64,000 nt of DNA from Candidatus Bathyarchaeota archaeon. GTDB lineage: Archaea > Thermoproteota > Bathyarchaeia > Bathyarchaeales > Bathycorpusculaceae. A model generated the notes under the pieces. That model saw only the letters and a list, made by a program, of their open reading frames with translations. It made no database searches and was not told where the DNA came from. Location of the stretch: assembly GCA_963811105.1 (NCBI GenBank), contig CAWEPZ010000011.1, forward strand, positions 800,001 to 864,000, given 5' to 3'. The position numbers and the translations under genes were made by a program. Below are positions 46,661-56,631 of the stretch, piece after piece; the stretch's first letter is position 1; the number at the start of each line of letters is the position of its first letter.

Positions 46661-47326
46661 TTTTTTCTCCTCAAAGTTTTTTCTCTTCCGTGTATTTTTT
46701 TGGAATGTCCCCTCTTATTCAATGTTTATTCTTATAATACTTTGCAGAAAAATCGAAAAATGACATTGCATTCAGAATAGATTTCATATCGTAAGAAAAG
46801 AAGCCGAATTTTAAACGTTAGTCGCACAAGCCATCTGACAAAATGCCGAAGTTACAATGAATACTTTGAATGGTTGAGGAGAATGAGAAAAAGCAATGTA
46901 ATCGATAACTCATTATCAGATTCGGAAATTGCGGAAAGTGAAAGATCCATTCCGCTATTGCTCAAAAAAAGCCTTAAGAAATTAATTTGACTTAATGGTT
47001 CCGACTCTTTGGGGCATAGTCCCATCGGAATAGATACTAGAAAAAAAAGCATCAGTTTCTCAAAAAGCGTTGCAATATTTGTTGTGGACGTGAATCTGTT
47101 TAAGTCTGCAACTCGGCGGACTTGCCATTATTAAGTTTAAGATATAGTCTAAAAGCTTTATGTTTTGTATCAGAGATTCAGCCTCAATCTGGGGTAAGCC
47201 CCAGTTCGGCTCACACCAATCTCAGTATAAGTGCCCACAACACTTTTAGGAATAATAACTCTTAATATCCAAAGAACATAAATACCATATTCGCTGAAAC
47301 TTTGAGCATCCTTAAGGAGCTAACAA

Positions 47327-48013
47327 GTGCAAATGGACTTAAGCATAATCACTTCAAATGAGGATCTTATTATCTTAAATATAGTTCTATTTTTCCTTTT
47401 CGCTCTCGCAGGATCCTTAGATTTCAAGAAAAAAGAAAACGGTGGTAAGGCAAAAGCAGCAACCGCCACAGTTACTTTAATAGTAGCTGAATCCTTCGGA
47501 CTCTCACAGCGCTTTCTAAGTTTAGGAACATTTATCGCAGAGTTCTATGTAATGATGCACGGTCTTGCAGTCAGCGCTTACGCATTTGCATGGTTATTCG
47601 GACAGAACCCGTCAGGTTGGATTCCAACAAACACACTTTTCGAAATAATTGGTTTAGCGATGTTCTTATCCGGAGGCCTGCTTGTCTTTTTCGGGTGGGA
47701 CAAGATCTTCAATTCCAGAAGAAATTCCACGCTTGTTACAGATGGACTTTACAAATATGTTCGCCACCCACAATATTTAGGAATTCTAATAGCAACTTTT
47801 GGCATGGTCGTCTATAGGTTCTCTCCAATTTCACTTCTTCTTTGGCCAGTCTTGGCGATTATATATTATCGATTAGCAAAAAAAGAGGAGATTTGTGCGG
47901 AAAATAAGTTTGGAGAACAATACTTAACATATAAACAAAGAGTTCACATGTTCTTGCCATTTGGTCTTCCGAATAATGCCCAAAAATATAATAATAAGCT
48001 TGACAAAAATTGA
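47327..48013 (+). CDS. Isoprenylcysteine carboxyl methyltransferase / PEMT family membrane protein
   Basis: LVTDGLYKYVRHPQYLG...EE....KFGEQY..Y...V..FLP. Confidence 0.88.
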   Translation: MQMDLSIITSNEDLIILNIVLFFLFALAGSLDFKKKENGGKAKAATATVTLIVAESFGLSQRFLSLGTFIAEFYVMMHGLAVSAYAFAWLFGQNPSGWIPTNTLFEIIGLAMFLSGGLLVFFGWDKIFNSRRNSTLVTDGLYKYVRHPQYLGILIATFGMVVYRFSPISLLLWPVLAIIYYRLAKKEEICAENKFGEQYLTYKQRVHMFLPFGLPNNAQKYNNKLDKN

Positions 48014-48028
48014 AATTTAACAAAGATT

Positions 48029-49339
48029 TTAGGTTTTAGTTCTTTCCTTTCTCTTCATTCTAACATACAAATATGGAACAACTAAACCAATTGCTATTAT
48101 TAAAACAGCAACTAAAGTTAACGGCTGAGTTGTTGTCTGAGAAAATTGGGAGGATTGAGGCAGAATTCCCATTCCTGAACCAAAGCAGTAAACGAAACCA
48201 TCCTCAGAACCAACGTAAAGTTTTCCATTGACAACTGCAGGAGTAGATTTTACATTGAGTCCAGTTTTGTAGGTCCAGACCAAGTCTCCAGTTTTCTGGT
48301 TCAAAGCGTAAACTCGACCATCATCGGAACCAATGAAAATCATGCCGCTCGCAATTGTTGGGGAAGAAAGTACTGGTCCATCAGTTTTAAACCTCCATAC
48401 GAATGAGCCTGTGTTCTCATCAAGAGAATAAACATACTTATCCCATGACCCAAAAAAGACCTTGCCGTCAGCAACACCGGGAGAAGAAAGCACAGATAAA
48501 ACAGTCTGGTAATCCCATAATTGTTCTCCTGTACTTTCATTCAAACAATCTATCCAACCAGGCACAGCATGCTCGCCAATAAATACCCTACCGTCAACAA
48601 CGGCAGGCGAGCCAACAATAACACCTCGAGTTTCGTAGGTCCATATCAGTTTTCCTGTGCGCTCATCCAAGGTGAAGAATCGGTAAGTCGGATCCCAACC
48701 TCCTATGAAAACCTTGCCGTCAACAACAGCTGGAGGAGAAGTAACAAAACAGTTTGTGCTATAACTCCAGACAAGTTTTCCAGTCGTTTCATTCAACGCA
48801 TAAATGTACTTATCGGCACCGCCTATGAAAACCATCCCGTCAACAACTGCTGGAGAAGAAGCAATCTCCCACCCTGTTTTGAATTGCCACATCACAGTTC
48901 CATTTTTTGCATCAAAACAGTAAACTCGTTGATCACCTGATCCTATGAACACCTTTCCATCAACAACCGCGGGGGAATCAAAGAAGAACCAATTCCCAGT
49001 TTTATACCTCCAAATTTCGACTCCAGTGCTAGCATTCAAAGCATAGATGTTTCCATCACGCGAACCAATATACATGATGCCATCAACAATGGCGGGAGAA
49101 GAGTCGATAAGATCTTGCGTTTTGAATCTCCAAAGTAGATTGTTTGTCGTTGGAGCTGGGCTTAGAGTGAAACCTGAACGATTGAGATCATAGTGAAAAG
49201 TCGGCCATGAATATTGATTGCTATTACTATCTGTGCTTATTGCAGAGGCGCCTTCAAACGTAGCCAAAAAAAATGTGGAAAAAAAAATAGCCGAAATCAG
49301 GAGAAAAGTGGAAGCCTTTTGTATTCCATTACGTTTCAT
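48029..49339 (-). CDS. BamB/PQQ-repeat beta-propeller, secreted and C-terminally anchored
   Basis: WPTFHYDLNRSG followed by eight SSPAVVDG.VFIGS.D..VYAL...TG...W repeats; signal peptide and C-terminal TM. Start taken at the ATG after GGAG. Confidence 0.92.
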   Translation of the reverse strand: MKRNGIQKASTFLLISAIFFSTFFLATFEGASAISTDSNSNQYSWPTFHYDLNRSGFTLSPAPTTNNLLWRFKTQDLIDSSPAIVDGIMYIGSRDGNIYALNASTGVEIWRYKTGNWFFFDSPAVVDGKVFIGSGDQRVYCFDAKNGTVMWQFKTGWEIASSPAVVDGMVFIGGADKYIYALNETTGKLVWSYSTNCFVTSPPAVVDGKVFIGGWDPTYRFFTLDERTGKLIWTYETRGVIVGSPAVVDGRVFIGEHAVPGWIDCLNESTGEQLWDYQTVLSVLSSPGVADGKVFFGSWDKYVYSLDENTGSFVWRFKTDGPVLSSPTIASGMIFIGSDDGRVYALNQKTGDLVWTYKTGLNVKSTPAVVNGKLYVGSEDGFVYCFGSGMGILPQSSQFSQTTTQPLTLVAVLIIAIGLVVPYLYVRMKRKERTKT

Positions 49340-49766
49340 GTCTTTTTCTCCTTTCAAACCGGGTATAGCTTCATAGAGTATTATGGGTCTTAAAATAAAG
49401 TTTTCGTTAGTTCAGTCTTTGCACCATGAATTTCGCAACTCTCTTGAGTGAGCAAATCAAGGAAAGTTTCACATAACAACTCAGTCGTATTTTAGTAAAT
49501 AAACTCAAAACGAATGCACCTATGAACATAGTAAAGCAGCAAACTTGTTGATGTTATCATAAAATGCTTAGCATACTGAACCTCAGCAAAATAGCAGTCC
49601 CAATACTCGTTCATTCTTAAATGCAGAATTACAAATCTAACTTTTTATATAATAGGCCCTGTCCATTTAACACCGTATTGAACGAGAAATCGAAGAAATA
49701 TCTATGTGTTATGAACTCTTTCTTAAGATAGTGACGTATTAAAGATTGCTTTATTTTTTTCGTGAT

Positions 49767-51155
49767 TTACTGGTTTTTTAGTTTTTGATTCTGTAAGCTA
49801 TTGATTATTAACTTAAAGAAATTATACAGTCTAAACTTGCTTACCCATAAAAATCCCGATAGCAGTACTGTGAAACCTAGAAATTGAAAATTCATCACAA
49901 GGTTACCTTCGCTCGCTGGGGTATAATTATGAAAAGTATACCCTAAAGTCTGGTTCATTGTTACTCTGAACAACAGAAAATTAGATGTCGAAAGCTTGTT
50001 CGCAGAAAAAATTTCTGAGATTATGGCTGATGCTAAGAGAAGAACCCCAATTGATACGATTGAAAAAATGCGTTTTCGATGAGTATTGATCGCTTGTTTG
50101 GTTGAATTTAAGAGTGAAAAGGATTTACCTACTATTGAAGCTGCTATCAAACTAAAAAAGGGCAATGATTGGTAGTCATATTTAATGGCGTTGTTGTAAG
50201 GTGCCTTAAGATTCAGACCTGCCCCCAAAACCATGTTGGTAATTAAAATTGGCAAAATTGAAGCAAAACAAATTAGATCAAAATAATAGATTTTTGGAAA
50301 ACGTTCTCTGAATGCAAAAGATATAATCATCGAAAAAATAGTTGCAATTACAAAAAAGCTTCCTAAACCGTAGTTCCAAACAAAAAAACCAACAAAAGAA
50401 TAGGAAGGAACTACCCCAGAATAATTAAGGTCGCTAAAATCACTATGAGCAAATATAGTTATCATTGATTTACCTAAAATAACTCCATACCATAAGAAAG
50501 ACAGCAAAAGTACAGGTAAAAGAAAAGAGATTAACTGGCTAAAGACTAGGCGAGCTTTCTTTGGGTGAGAATAAACATAGAAGAGAAACAGCGGAATCAG
50601 CATAAAGGCGGCAAAATACTTGGTCAGCAGGGCAGCAGCAAAAATCACTCCTGAAACCAGAGAAAGCTTAACTGAATATCTGCGAAAAGCGATGATTCCA
50701 ACATATAAGCTGAGTAGACTAAAGAAAAGGCATTGGACGTCTATGAGGAAGCCTCTTGAAAGCACAAGTTCCCAGGGGCTTAACGCAAAGAGTGCTGCTG
50801 CAAATAACCCTGTTGTTTTGCCATACAGTTCTTTTCCTATTTTGTATAGGACTATAGTGCTTCCAAGTCCAAGCAAGGTTACAAAAACAGTGCCCGTGCT
50901 TATCGATTCACCAAAAATCTTTAAGAATAATGCTTCAATGTAAAAACCTAATGGCGGCTGGTTAATCAAGTTGCCCATTGTATTAACATATGGCATACCC
51001 CATTTGATAACGCCAGTTGCAGCTTCGAATTCCCAAAGCGAATCTCCATTAAGAAAGGGACCTATTGAAAGCGAGACAAAAGTAATCCCTAATAGAAGGC
51101 TGAAAAGAGGATAATTTTCATCCAATATTTTTCTTAAACCAAATTTGTTAAACAT
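49767..51155 (-). CDS. GT-C (ArnT/PMT, GT39-like) membrane glycosyltransferase
   Basis: NQPPLGFY, YKIGKELYG...GLFAAALFALSP, SRGFLID, ALLTKY; multi-TM. Confidence 0.85.
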   Translation of the reverse strand: MFNKFGLRKILDENYPLFSLLLGITFVSLSIGPFLNGDSLWEFEAATGVIKWGMPYVNTMGNLINQPPLGFYIEALFLKIFGESISTGTVFVTLLGLGSTIVLYKIGKELYGKTTGLFAAALFALSPWELVLSRGFLIDVQCLFFSLLSLYVGIIAFRRYSVKLSLVSGVIFAAALLTKYFAAFMLIPLFLFYVYSHPKKARLVFSQLISFLLPVLLLSFLWYGVILGKSMITIFAHSDFSDLNYSGVVPSYSFVGFFVWNYGLGSFFVIATIFSMIISFAFRERFPKIYYFDLICFASILPILITNMVLGAGLNLKAPYNNAIKYDYQSLPFFSLIAASIVGKSFSLLNSTKQAINTHRKRIFSIVSIGVLLLASAIISEIFSANKLSTSNFLLFRVTMNQTLGYTFHNYTPASEGNLVMNFQFLGFTVLLSGFLWVSKFRLYNFFKLIINSLQNQKLKNQ

Positions 51156-51374
51156 TTCTATTCCATTTAGAATTTGAATTTGGAATTGGTGGTAGACTTT
51201 CTCCTCAGCAATCTTAGTTTATGCTACTGACCTATTAGATGGTAATTTTAATTAAAACTTTCCATTCAATTAAATTGTATAATAATCGAAACATGTTTTT
51301 TTTCACTTCATGATTTTACGAGATCGTTTTCCCCGGGGATAAACACCTTTCTCCAGCAATCGGAAATTCATATC

Positions 51375-53066
51375 TCACCTGAATGACTCTAGGAAAATCC
51401 TATATGGACTATTTCCAAAGCTTTTTTCATCAGTGAACCTTCCGGAGTCATTCATAGAGATTTTGATGGTACCTATCGTCAATGTTGTGTTGAAGAATTG
51501 AAAGATTGGTGCATTATCGTAAATGAACAAGTATTTTACATTATTCTGCTCACAAAGTCTGACGAGTTCGTCCACATTGAAGTTAGGCTGGTATGTATCA
51601 ACCGCTTGTTCAGGATATTGGAATACTTGATTTTGTCTATTATTCACTTGGAGATAAAAACTCACTATATCTTTGCTTAACTCGTTGAAAGGACCAACGA
51701 CCAATATCGACTCATTTTGACATAGTATTTCAGATAAGTAGTTAGTTGCTTCTTCGACAGGCAAACTTTGCCGGTTCTTATATATCATCCAAAGAGTTGT
51801 GTCAGCGCAATTCCACCCGAATGAAAATAATATAATTGTCAATACGAGAATGGCAGTTAATCTTCTGCTAAACCTCCCCCTGATCTTCTTTTTAGCAATT
51901 GATGGGACCGATTTTAGGTAGTTCCCATTTTTGTTGTATACAAAAATCATTGCCTTTGCAGCGGCGATTGCCAAAACTGGAAGAGCCACGAACATATAGC
52001 GCCAATCCTTGTTCCCTATTAGAGTAAAAAAAACATAAGCGATAATAAACCATGCAAGCAAGAATTTGTCTTCAGGTTTTCTTTTCCAAGCGAATAAGCC
52101 TAAACCAACCAAAGCGAAAATATAAACAAAAATTGACACAGGAGCGAAACCATAAGGTCCATAAGGCCATGTCATTGCGATCAAATAAAAAACAGGCGAT
52201 GGAAATTGTGAATCATAGGCAGATTTCTGTGGACTACCCATCGTTAACACATAAAGCCATTGATTAAGAGTTTGGTCCCTAAAAATTTGAAAAGTGATCA
52301 AAAACCAGGGTACTGCAAAAGCGGCGACTATTAAAAATAACAAAAGAATAAACCCCAGCTTCATTTTAAGACGATCACGTCCAAAAATAAACACACCGAC
52401 AATCATTACAAGTCCAGCAACAACCGCGGGGTATTTGGCAAGAAAGGCTAGACCCAGAGCAATGCCACTGAAAATGACATATCTATTTTTGTTTGTTCTT
52501 AACCAATCATAGAAAAAAAAGAGCGAAAGCGAAACAAAAAACAAAAGCATTGTTTCTATCATCGATAACCGTGAAAGTAATACAAAACCGGGCATAACGC
52601 CGAGCAGAAGGGCTGAAAGCAGGGCTACTTTTGATCCAGAAGTTGAATTAACGAATTCAAATACTACCCATATTGTGAGAATGGCAAAGACTACTGAAAC
52701 CAATCTAGCATTGAATAGGCTCACACCCCCAATTCCAAAAAAGCCGGCAGTTATTAAGTCATAAAGTGGTGGATAAAAAGGACCCTGACTCAAATAACTG
52801 TTGAAGTTTCCATGCAAAAGCATTATGCCTATGTTCAAGTGAGGAATTTCGTCCCATATGGCAGACATGCTTCCCAAATAAAGCAACAAAAAAAAGGCGT
52901 AAACTAAAATGAAAATTAAAAAGATTATTCTTGCCTTGCCCAGTCGATTTCTTAAAGTTAGGAAGACATGACTCAAACCGGTTTTCCCAATCGACTTAAA
53001 GCGCGTGCCAATATCCGGCCTAATTATAACCTTGCAGATAAAATGCAAGCGCTTGCTGTGTAACAT
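51375..53066 (-). CDS. GT-C (ArnT/PMT, GT39-like) membrane glycosyltransferase
   Basis: WDEIPH, YPPLY, ARLVS, SRLSMIE, AFLAKYP, KDWRY. Confidence 0.88.
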   Translation of the reverse strand: MLHSKRLHFICKVIIRPDIGTRFKSIGKTGLSHVFLTLRNRLGKARIIFLIFILVYAFFLLLYLGSMSAIWDEIPHLNIGIMLLHGNFNSYLSQGPFYPPLYDLITAGFFGIGGVSLFNARLVSVVFAILTIWVVFEFVNSTSGSKVALLSALLLGVMPGFVLLSRLSMIETMLLFFVSLSLFFFYDWLRTNKNRYVIFSGIALGLAFLAKYPAVVAGLVMIVGVFIFGRDRLKMKLGFILLLFLIVAAFAVPWFLITFQIFRDQTLNQWLYVLTMGSPQKSAYDSQFPSPVFYLIAMTWPYGPYGFAPVSIFVYIFALVGLGLFAWKRKPEDKFLLAWFIIAYVFFTLIGNKDWRYMFVALPVLAIAAAKAMIFVYNKNGNYLKSVPSIAKKKIRGRFSRRLTAILVLTIILFSFGWNCADTTLWMIYKNRQSLPVEEATNYLSEILCQNESILVVGPFNELSKDIVSFYLQVNNRQNQVFQYPEQAVDTYQPNFNVDELVRLCEQNNVKYLFIYDNAPIFQFFNTTLTIGTIKISMNDSGRFTDEKSFGNSPYRIFLESFR

Positions 53067-53399
53067 AGCTACATCCTGATAATCATTGTTTTTTGTTTAA
53101 GCAGACTTTTATGATTTGTGGAAGAACAGGATTTCTCGTTTGACAATAGAGGATTGAACTGAATTTACGTGCTCTGTTATTCCTTAATGTCTCTTTTGGA
53201 GTTCAACTGGCTTTTGATGAGGTTTCTTCGTGTTTTCGAGAAAGTCGCTTTTTATTTCAGTTTCGTTTGCCAAATAAATGAACAAGAATTTGATGGTAGA
53301 CTTTGGCTTATTAGTTATCAGTTTTTGGACACTTTGCTTAATTTGCTTCATGTAAGTGAACAACACCCAGAGATTTCGAATAAATAATTTGCTTCCTAT

Positions 53400-53802
53400 G
53401 CATGCAGGTTTTTCATGACGAAGTGTACGTTGAATAAGCATGGAAGGACGTTGTGGCGTTGGGAACACGCTGAAGTGCTGGATGAGCCGAGGGAGAGGAT
53501 GCTTCGTGAGCCTGAGAAGATGGCTTTAAGGAAGGAGCTTGTGGAGCATCCGTTTGGGACTATGAAGCGAGCATTCAATCAAGGTTATCTTCTGCTCAAG
53601 GAACTTAGGAAAGTGAGCGGAGAAGTGGGCTACACTATGCTGGCTTACAATATGAGGCGCGTTCTGAACATTCTTGGACCCGGGTTCACGCGGGTTTTCT
53701 GGTGAAGTCGGGGAAGAATGGAAGTAGAAAGGCAGAGAAACAGGGTTTTAGCAACCTTGAAGCCTTGACGCTCAAAGTAAACAATGAATTTTCACACGGT
53801 CT
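53400..53802 (+). mobile_element. IS1182-family transposase 3' remnant with right terminal repeat
   Basis: RKELVEHPFGTMKR...GYLLL..LRKVSGEVG...LAYNMRR is the DDE C-terminus. TTTTCACACGGTCT ending at 53802 resembles an IS1182 end. The 5' part is deleted. Confidence 0.8.
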
Positions 53803-53942
53803 CTTCAATCACGCGCGCTGAGTTGCTTAAATTGGTTGAAATTTCGCCCGATTTTTTAATTAATAGATACAATTTTTTATTTAATATCAGGCAAAAGAAT
53901 TATGCTAAAACGAAATTTTGACATAACTTAATTAGGTTAAAC

Positions 53943-53996
53943 AACCCTTGCTAAGGGTTATGAGCATAGGCTTAACTTTGGTTTGCCTCGTGCTCA
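53943..53996 (+). promoter_or_regulatory. Inverted repeats in the leader of paralog 9
   Basis: AACCCTT-GCT-AAGGGTT (53943-59), then TGAGCA..AGGC...GCCT..TGCTCA (53961-96) just before the GGAG RBS. Confidence 0.45.
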
Positions 53997-54016
53997 AATT
54001 TGGAGAAAAAACAAAA

Positions 54017-56611
54017 ATGAATTCAAAAAAAGTTAAAAAAATGAAATATTTTGCTGTTACCGTTGCAATTCTAATGCTAACGTCTATTCTACTGACAGTA
54101 AATCCAGTTCAAGCGCAAGTCGTTGACCAAGGCGGAGAAAACCCCAGCACTCCTGGCGGGTCAATTCCGCTTCCAGCAGGTGTCACTCCTGACCTATCAT
54201 ACCAAACCATTGCTTACATCAGCTTCAGACCAAACCCCATCGGAGTCAACCAGCCTCTACTCATCAACGTTTGGCTAGAACCACCAACACACGTAGCACG
54301 ATACTTCACAAAAGCCTTCCAAGTAACTCTAACCAAGCCAGACGGAACAACAGACTCTCAACTATTGACATCATACTACGGAGACACAACCTCGTACATG
54401 GACTACAACGTAAACCAAGTCGGCAATTGGCAGATTAGACTTGACTTCCTTGGCGGATACTTCGCAGCTGGAAACTATACTTCAAGTGCAGCATTCACCC
54501 TGAACCAGACATTAAACGCACCTCAAAGTGTTTACTATAAGCCGAGTACAAGCGGAACCTTCAACTTTACCGTGCAACCCAATGTAGCGCTCTCATGGCC
54601 CGGTGCTCCACTTCCAACAGATTACTGGTCAAGACCAGTGAACCCATTAAACAGAGAATGGTGGTCAATTCTAGGCAACTACCCAGGCGTAGGAGTCTCA
54701 TCTCCTCCAGGCAATCCAACCTGGCCAGCCGACACAAATCTACATGTTCAATCTCTCTATAACTTCGTCCCCTATGTGCAAGGACCATCAAGCTGTCACA
54801 TAGTATGGCAGCAACAGACCGCAATCTCAGGCATGATAGGAGGCACCTTGTATCAGTTATCCAACACTGGTGTCAGCGGCACTCCAAACATAATCTATGC
54901 TGGCAGAGTTTACGCTACCTATGCAAAACCAGGAACTGGAACGACTGCAGTGACCTATTGGAAATGCTATGACCTTCAAACTGGACAACTTTACTGGGAA
55001 AGACCATTGGCAACAGGTGAATCAGCCCCAACACAAATTATCTACATTACAAGGACAGTATCTGCTGTTACTGGAGACACCGCTTCTCAGAGAAACCTAG
55101 GCGCAGCACTGATGTTTGTAGGTGGAGGACGAATAGTAACCTACGACCCATCGACAGGCTCTGTTATATGGAACGTTTCAATATCGCCCTTTACAAGTGG
55201 CACCTTCATTTCTAACGATGTAACTGCACCCGACTTCTTGACTATACAAACTCTCGGTTCAGGCTCAAACACACAGTACCGTCTAATTAACTGGACTATA
55301 ACAGGCGATATAGCTTACCCAGACTTAGTCAACCGCAGAGTAGGTGTAATTAGCAACGTATCATTTCCATCAAGCAGCTTAGGCACTATGGACCTCGATG
55401 CTGGCGTAACTGTTCTTTCAACAGCTGTAAACATACCTGCCTCAGTAGGCGTCTCTTATAGCTACATTTTAACTGGCGTAAGCCTCATAACAGGACAAGT
55501 ACTATGGAACATAACAACAGATGCATCCTCAGGCTTGGGTGGCTTTTACAACCCGAGCACCGCATGTGCTGACCACGGATTATTCGCAGTTCGCTTGAAT
55601 GACGGATTATATCATGCTTGGAATATTCAGACTGGAGCAGTGGCATGGGTCAGCCCATTATCAAGCTATCCATGGGGAGAATTCGGCGGATACGACACAT
55701 CATCAGCCTACGGCTTGCTTATCTACCCACAATACGACGGTGTAGTAGCCTATAACTGGACGAACGGTCAAATCGTGTGGAACTGTCAATACAAAGCTCA
55801 ATATCCATACGACAATGCTTTCGGCGAAACTTATCCATACGACGGTGCTTGCATGATTGCTGACGGAATGGTTTATGTAGCCAACACTGAACACTCACCC
55901 AGCCAACCAGTGGAGCGAGGATATGCACTAAGATGCATAAACGCATCCAATGGTCAAGTGATATGGAGTATATTAAACACAATAAATCAAGCTGCGATCT
56001 CAGATGGCTACCTAATAGGCATGGATATCTATAACGGCATGCAGTACGCGTACGGCAAAGGATTAAGCTCCACTACAGTCACATCATCTCCAGCGGTCAC
56101 AACACAGAGCAACCAAGTATTAATTCAAGGCACAGTGTTAGATCAATCCCCTGCACAACCAGGCACTCCATGCGTATCACATGAATCAATGGAAACACAA
56201 ATGGAATACTTGCACTTGCAACAGTCAATCCAAGGCGTCGCTGGTAATGCAACCATAACAGGAGTTCCAGTTCTGTTAACCGCTATAGGCTCTGACGGCT
56301 CAGTATACAATATCGGCACAACTACAACCAACGGATACTTTGGTACATTCGCATATGCTTGGACAGCACCAAAAGTTGACTCCTACACAATAACCGCTTC
56401 ATTTGCAGGAGACGACTCTTACGGCAGCTCATCAGCAGCAACGGGGCTATCAGTAGGTGCAGCCGCATCAACAACACCTACACCAGCTACACCAGCACCT
56501 TCAAACCTCGCCACCACAACAGACTTGATGACCTACATAGTTGTCGGAGTAATCGCTATAATCATCGCTATAGCAATAGTTGGCTTTGTACTCTACAGGA
56601 AAAAACAATAA
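54017..56611 (+). CDS. Large secreted Ig/beta-propeller surface protein, paralog 9
   Basis: Start reassigned to ATG 54017 after GGAGAAAAAACAAAA. Family blocks, TM plus RKKQ. Confidence 0.95.
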   Translation: MNSKKVKKMKYFAVTVAILMLTSILLTVNPVQAQVVDQGGENPSTPGGSIPLPAGVTPDLSYQTIAYISFRPNPIGVNQPLLINVWLEPPTHVARYFTKAFQVTLTKPDGTTDSQLLTSYYGDTTSYMDYNVNQVGNWQIRLDFLGGYFAAGNYTSSAAFTLNQTLNAPQSVYYKPSTSGTFNFTVQPNVALSWPGAPLPTDYWSRPVNPLNREWWSILGNYPGVGVSSPPGNPTWPADTNLHVQSLYNFVPYVQGPSSCHIVWQQQTAISGMIGGTLYQLSNTGVSGTPNIIYAGRVYATYAKPGTGTTAVTYWKCYDLQTGQLYWERPLATGESAPTQIIYITRTVSAVTGDTASQRNLGAALMFVGGGRIVTYDPSTGSVIWNVSISPFTSGTFISNDVTAPDFLTIQTLGSGSNTQYRLINWTITGDIAYPDLVNRRVGVISNVSFPSSSLGTMDLDAGVTVLSTAVNIPASVGVSYSYILTGVSLITGQVLWNITTDASSGLGGFYNPSTACADHGLFAVRLNDGLYHAWNIQTGAVAWVSPLSSYPWGEFGGYDTSSAYGLLIYPQYDGVVAYNWTNGQIVWNCQYKAQYPYDNAFGETYPYDGACMIADGMVYVANTEHSPSQPVERGYALRCINASNGQVIWSILNTINQAAISDGYLIGMDIYNGMQYAYGKGLSSTTVTSSPAVTTQSNQVLIQGTVLDQSPAQPGTPCVSHESMETQMEYLHLQQSIQGVAGNATITGVPVLLTAIGSDGSVYNIGTTTTNGYFGTFAYAWTAPKVDSYTITASFAGDDSYGSSSAATGLSVGAAASTTPTPATPAPSNLATTTDLMTYIVVGVIAIIIAIAIVGFVLYRKKQ

Positions 56612-56631
56612 ACATAAAACCAAACCCTAAC

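Noticed and set aside
53184-53468. Minus-strand 94-aa ORF as a separate gene or second IS fragment
   Set aside because: Partly antisense to the IS1182 remnant; the remainder has too little recognisable signal to call.
53948-54016. N-terminal extension of paralog 9 from TTG 53948
   Set aside because: The GGAG RBS and signal-peptide pattern support ATG 54017.
2109-56611. Calling the large paralogs PQQ-dependent dehydrogenases
   Set aside because: Only generic propeller (W/G docking) motifs are present. I see no vicinal Cys-Cys or other quinoprotein active-site signature, and no pqq genes in the window.
2109-56611. Diversity-generating retroelement or invertase shufflon acting on the paralogs
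   Set aside because: No reverse transcriptase, no near-identical template/variable repeat pair with A-specific mismatches, and no recombinase seen. Paralog differences include many synonymous changes.
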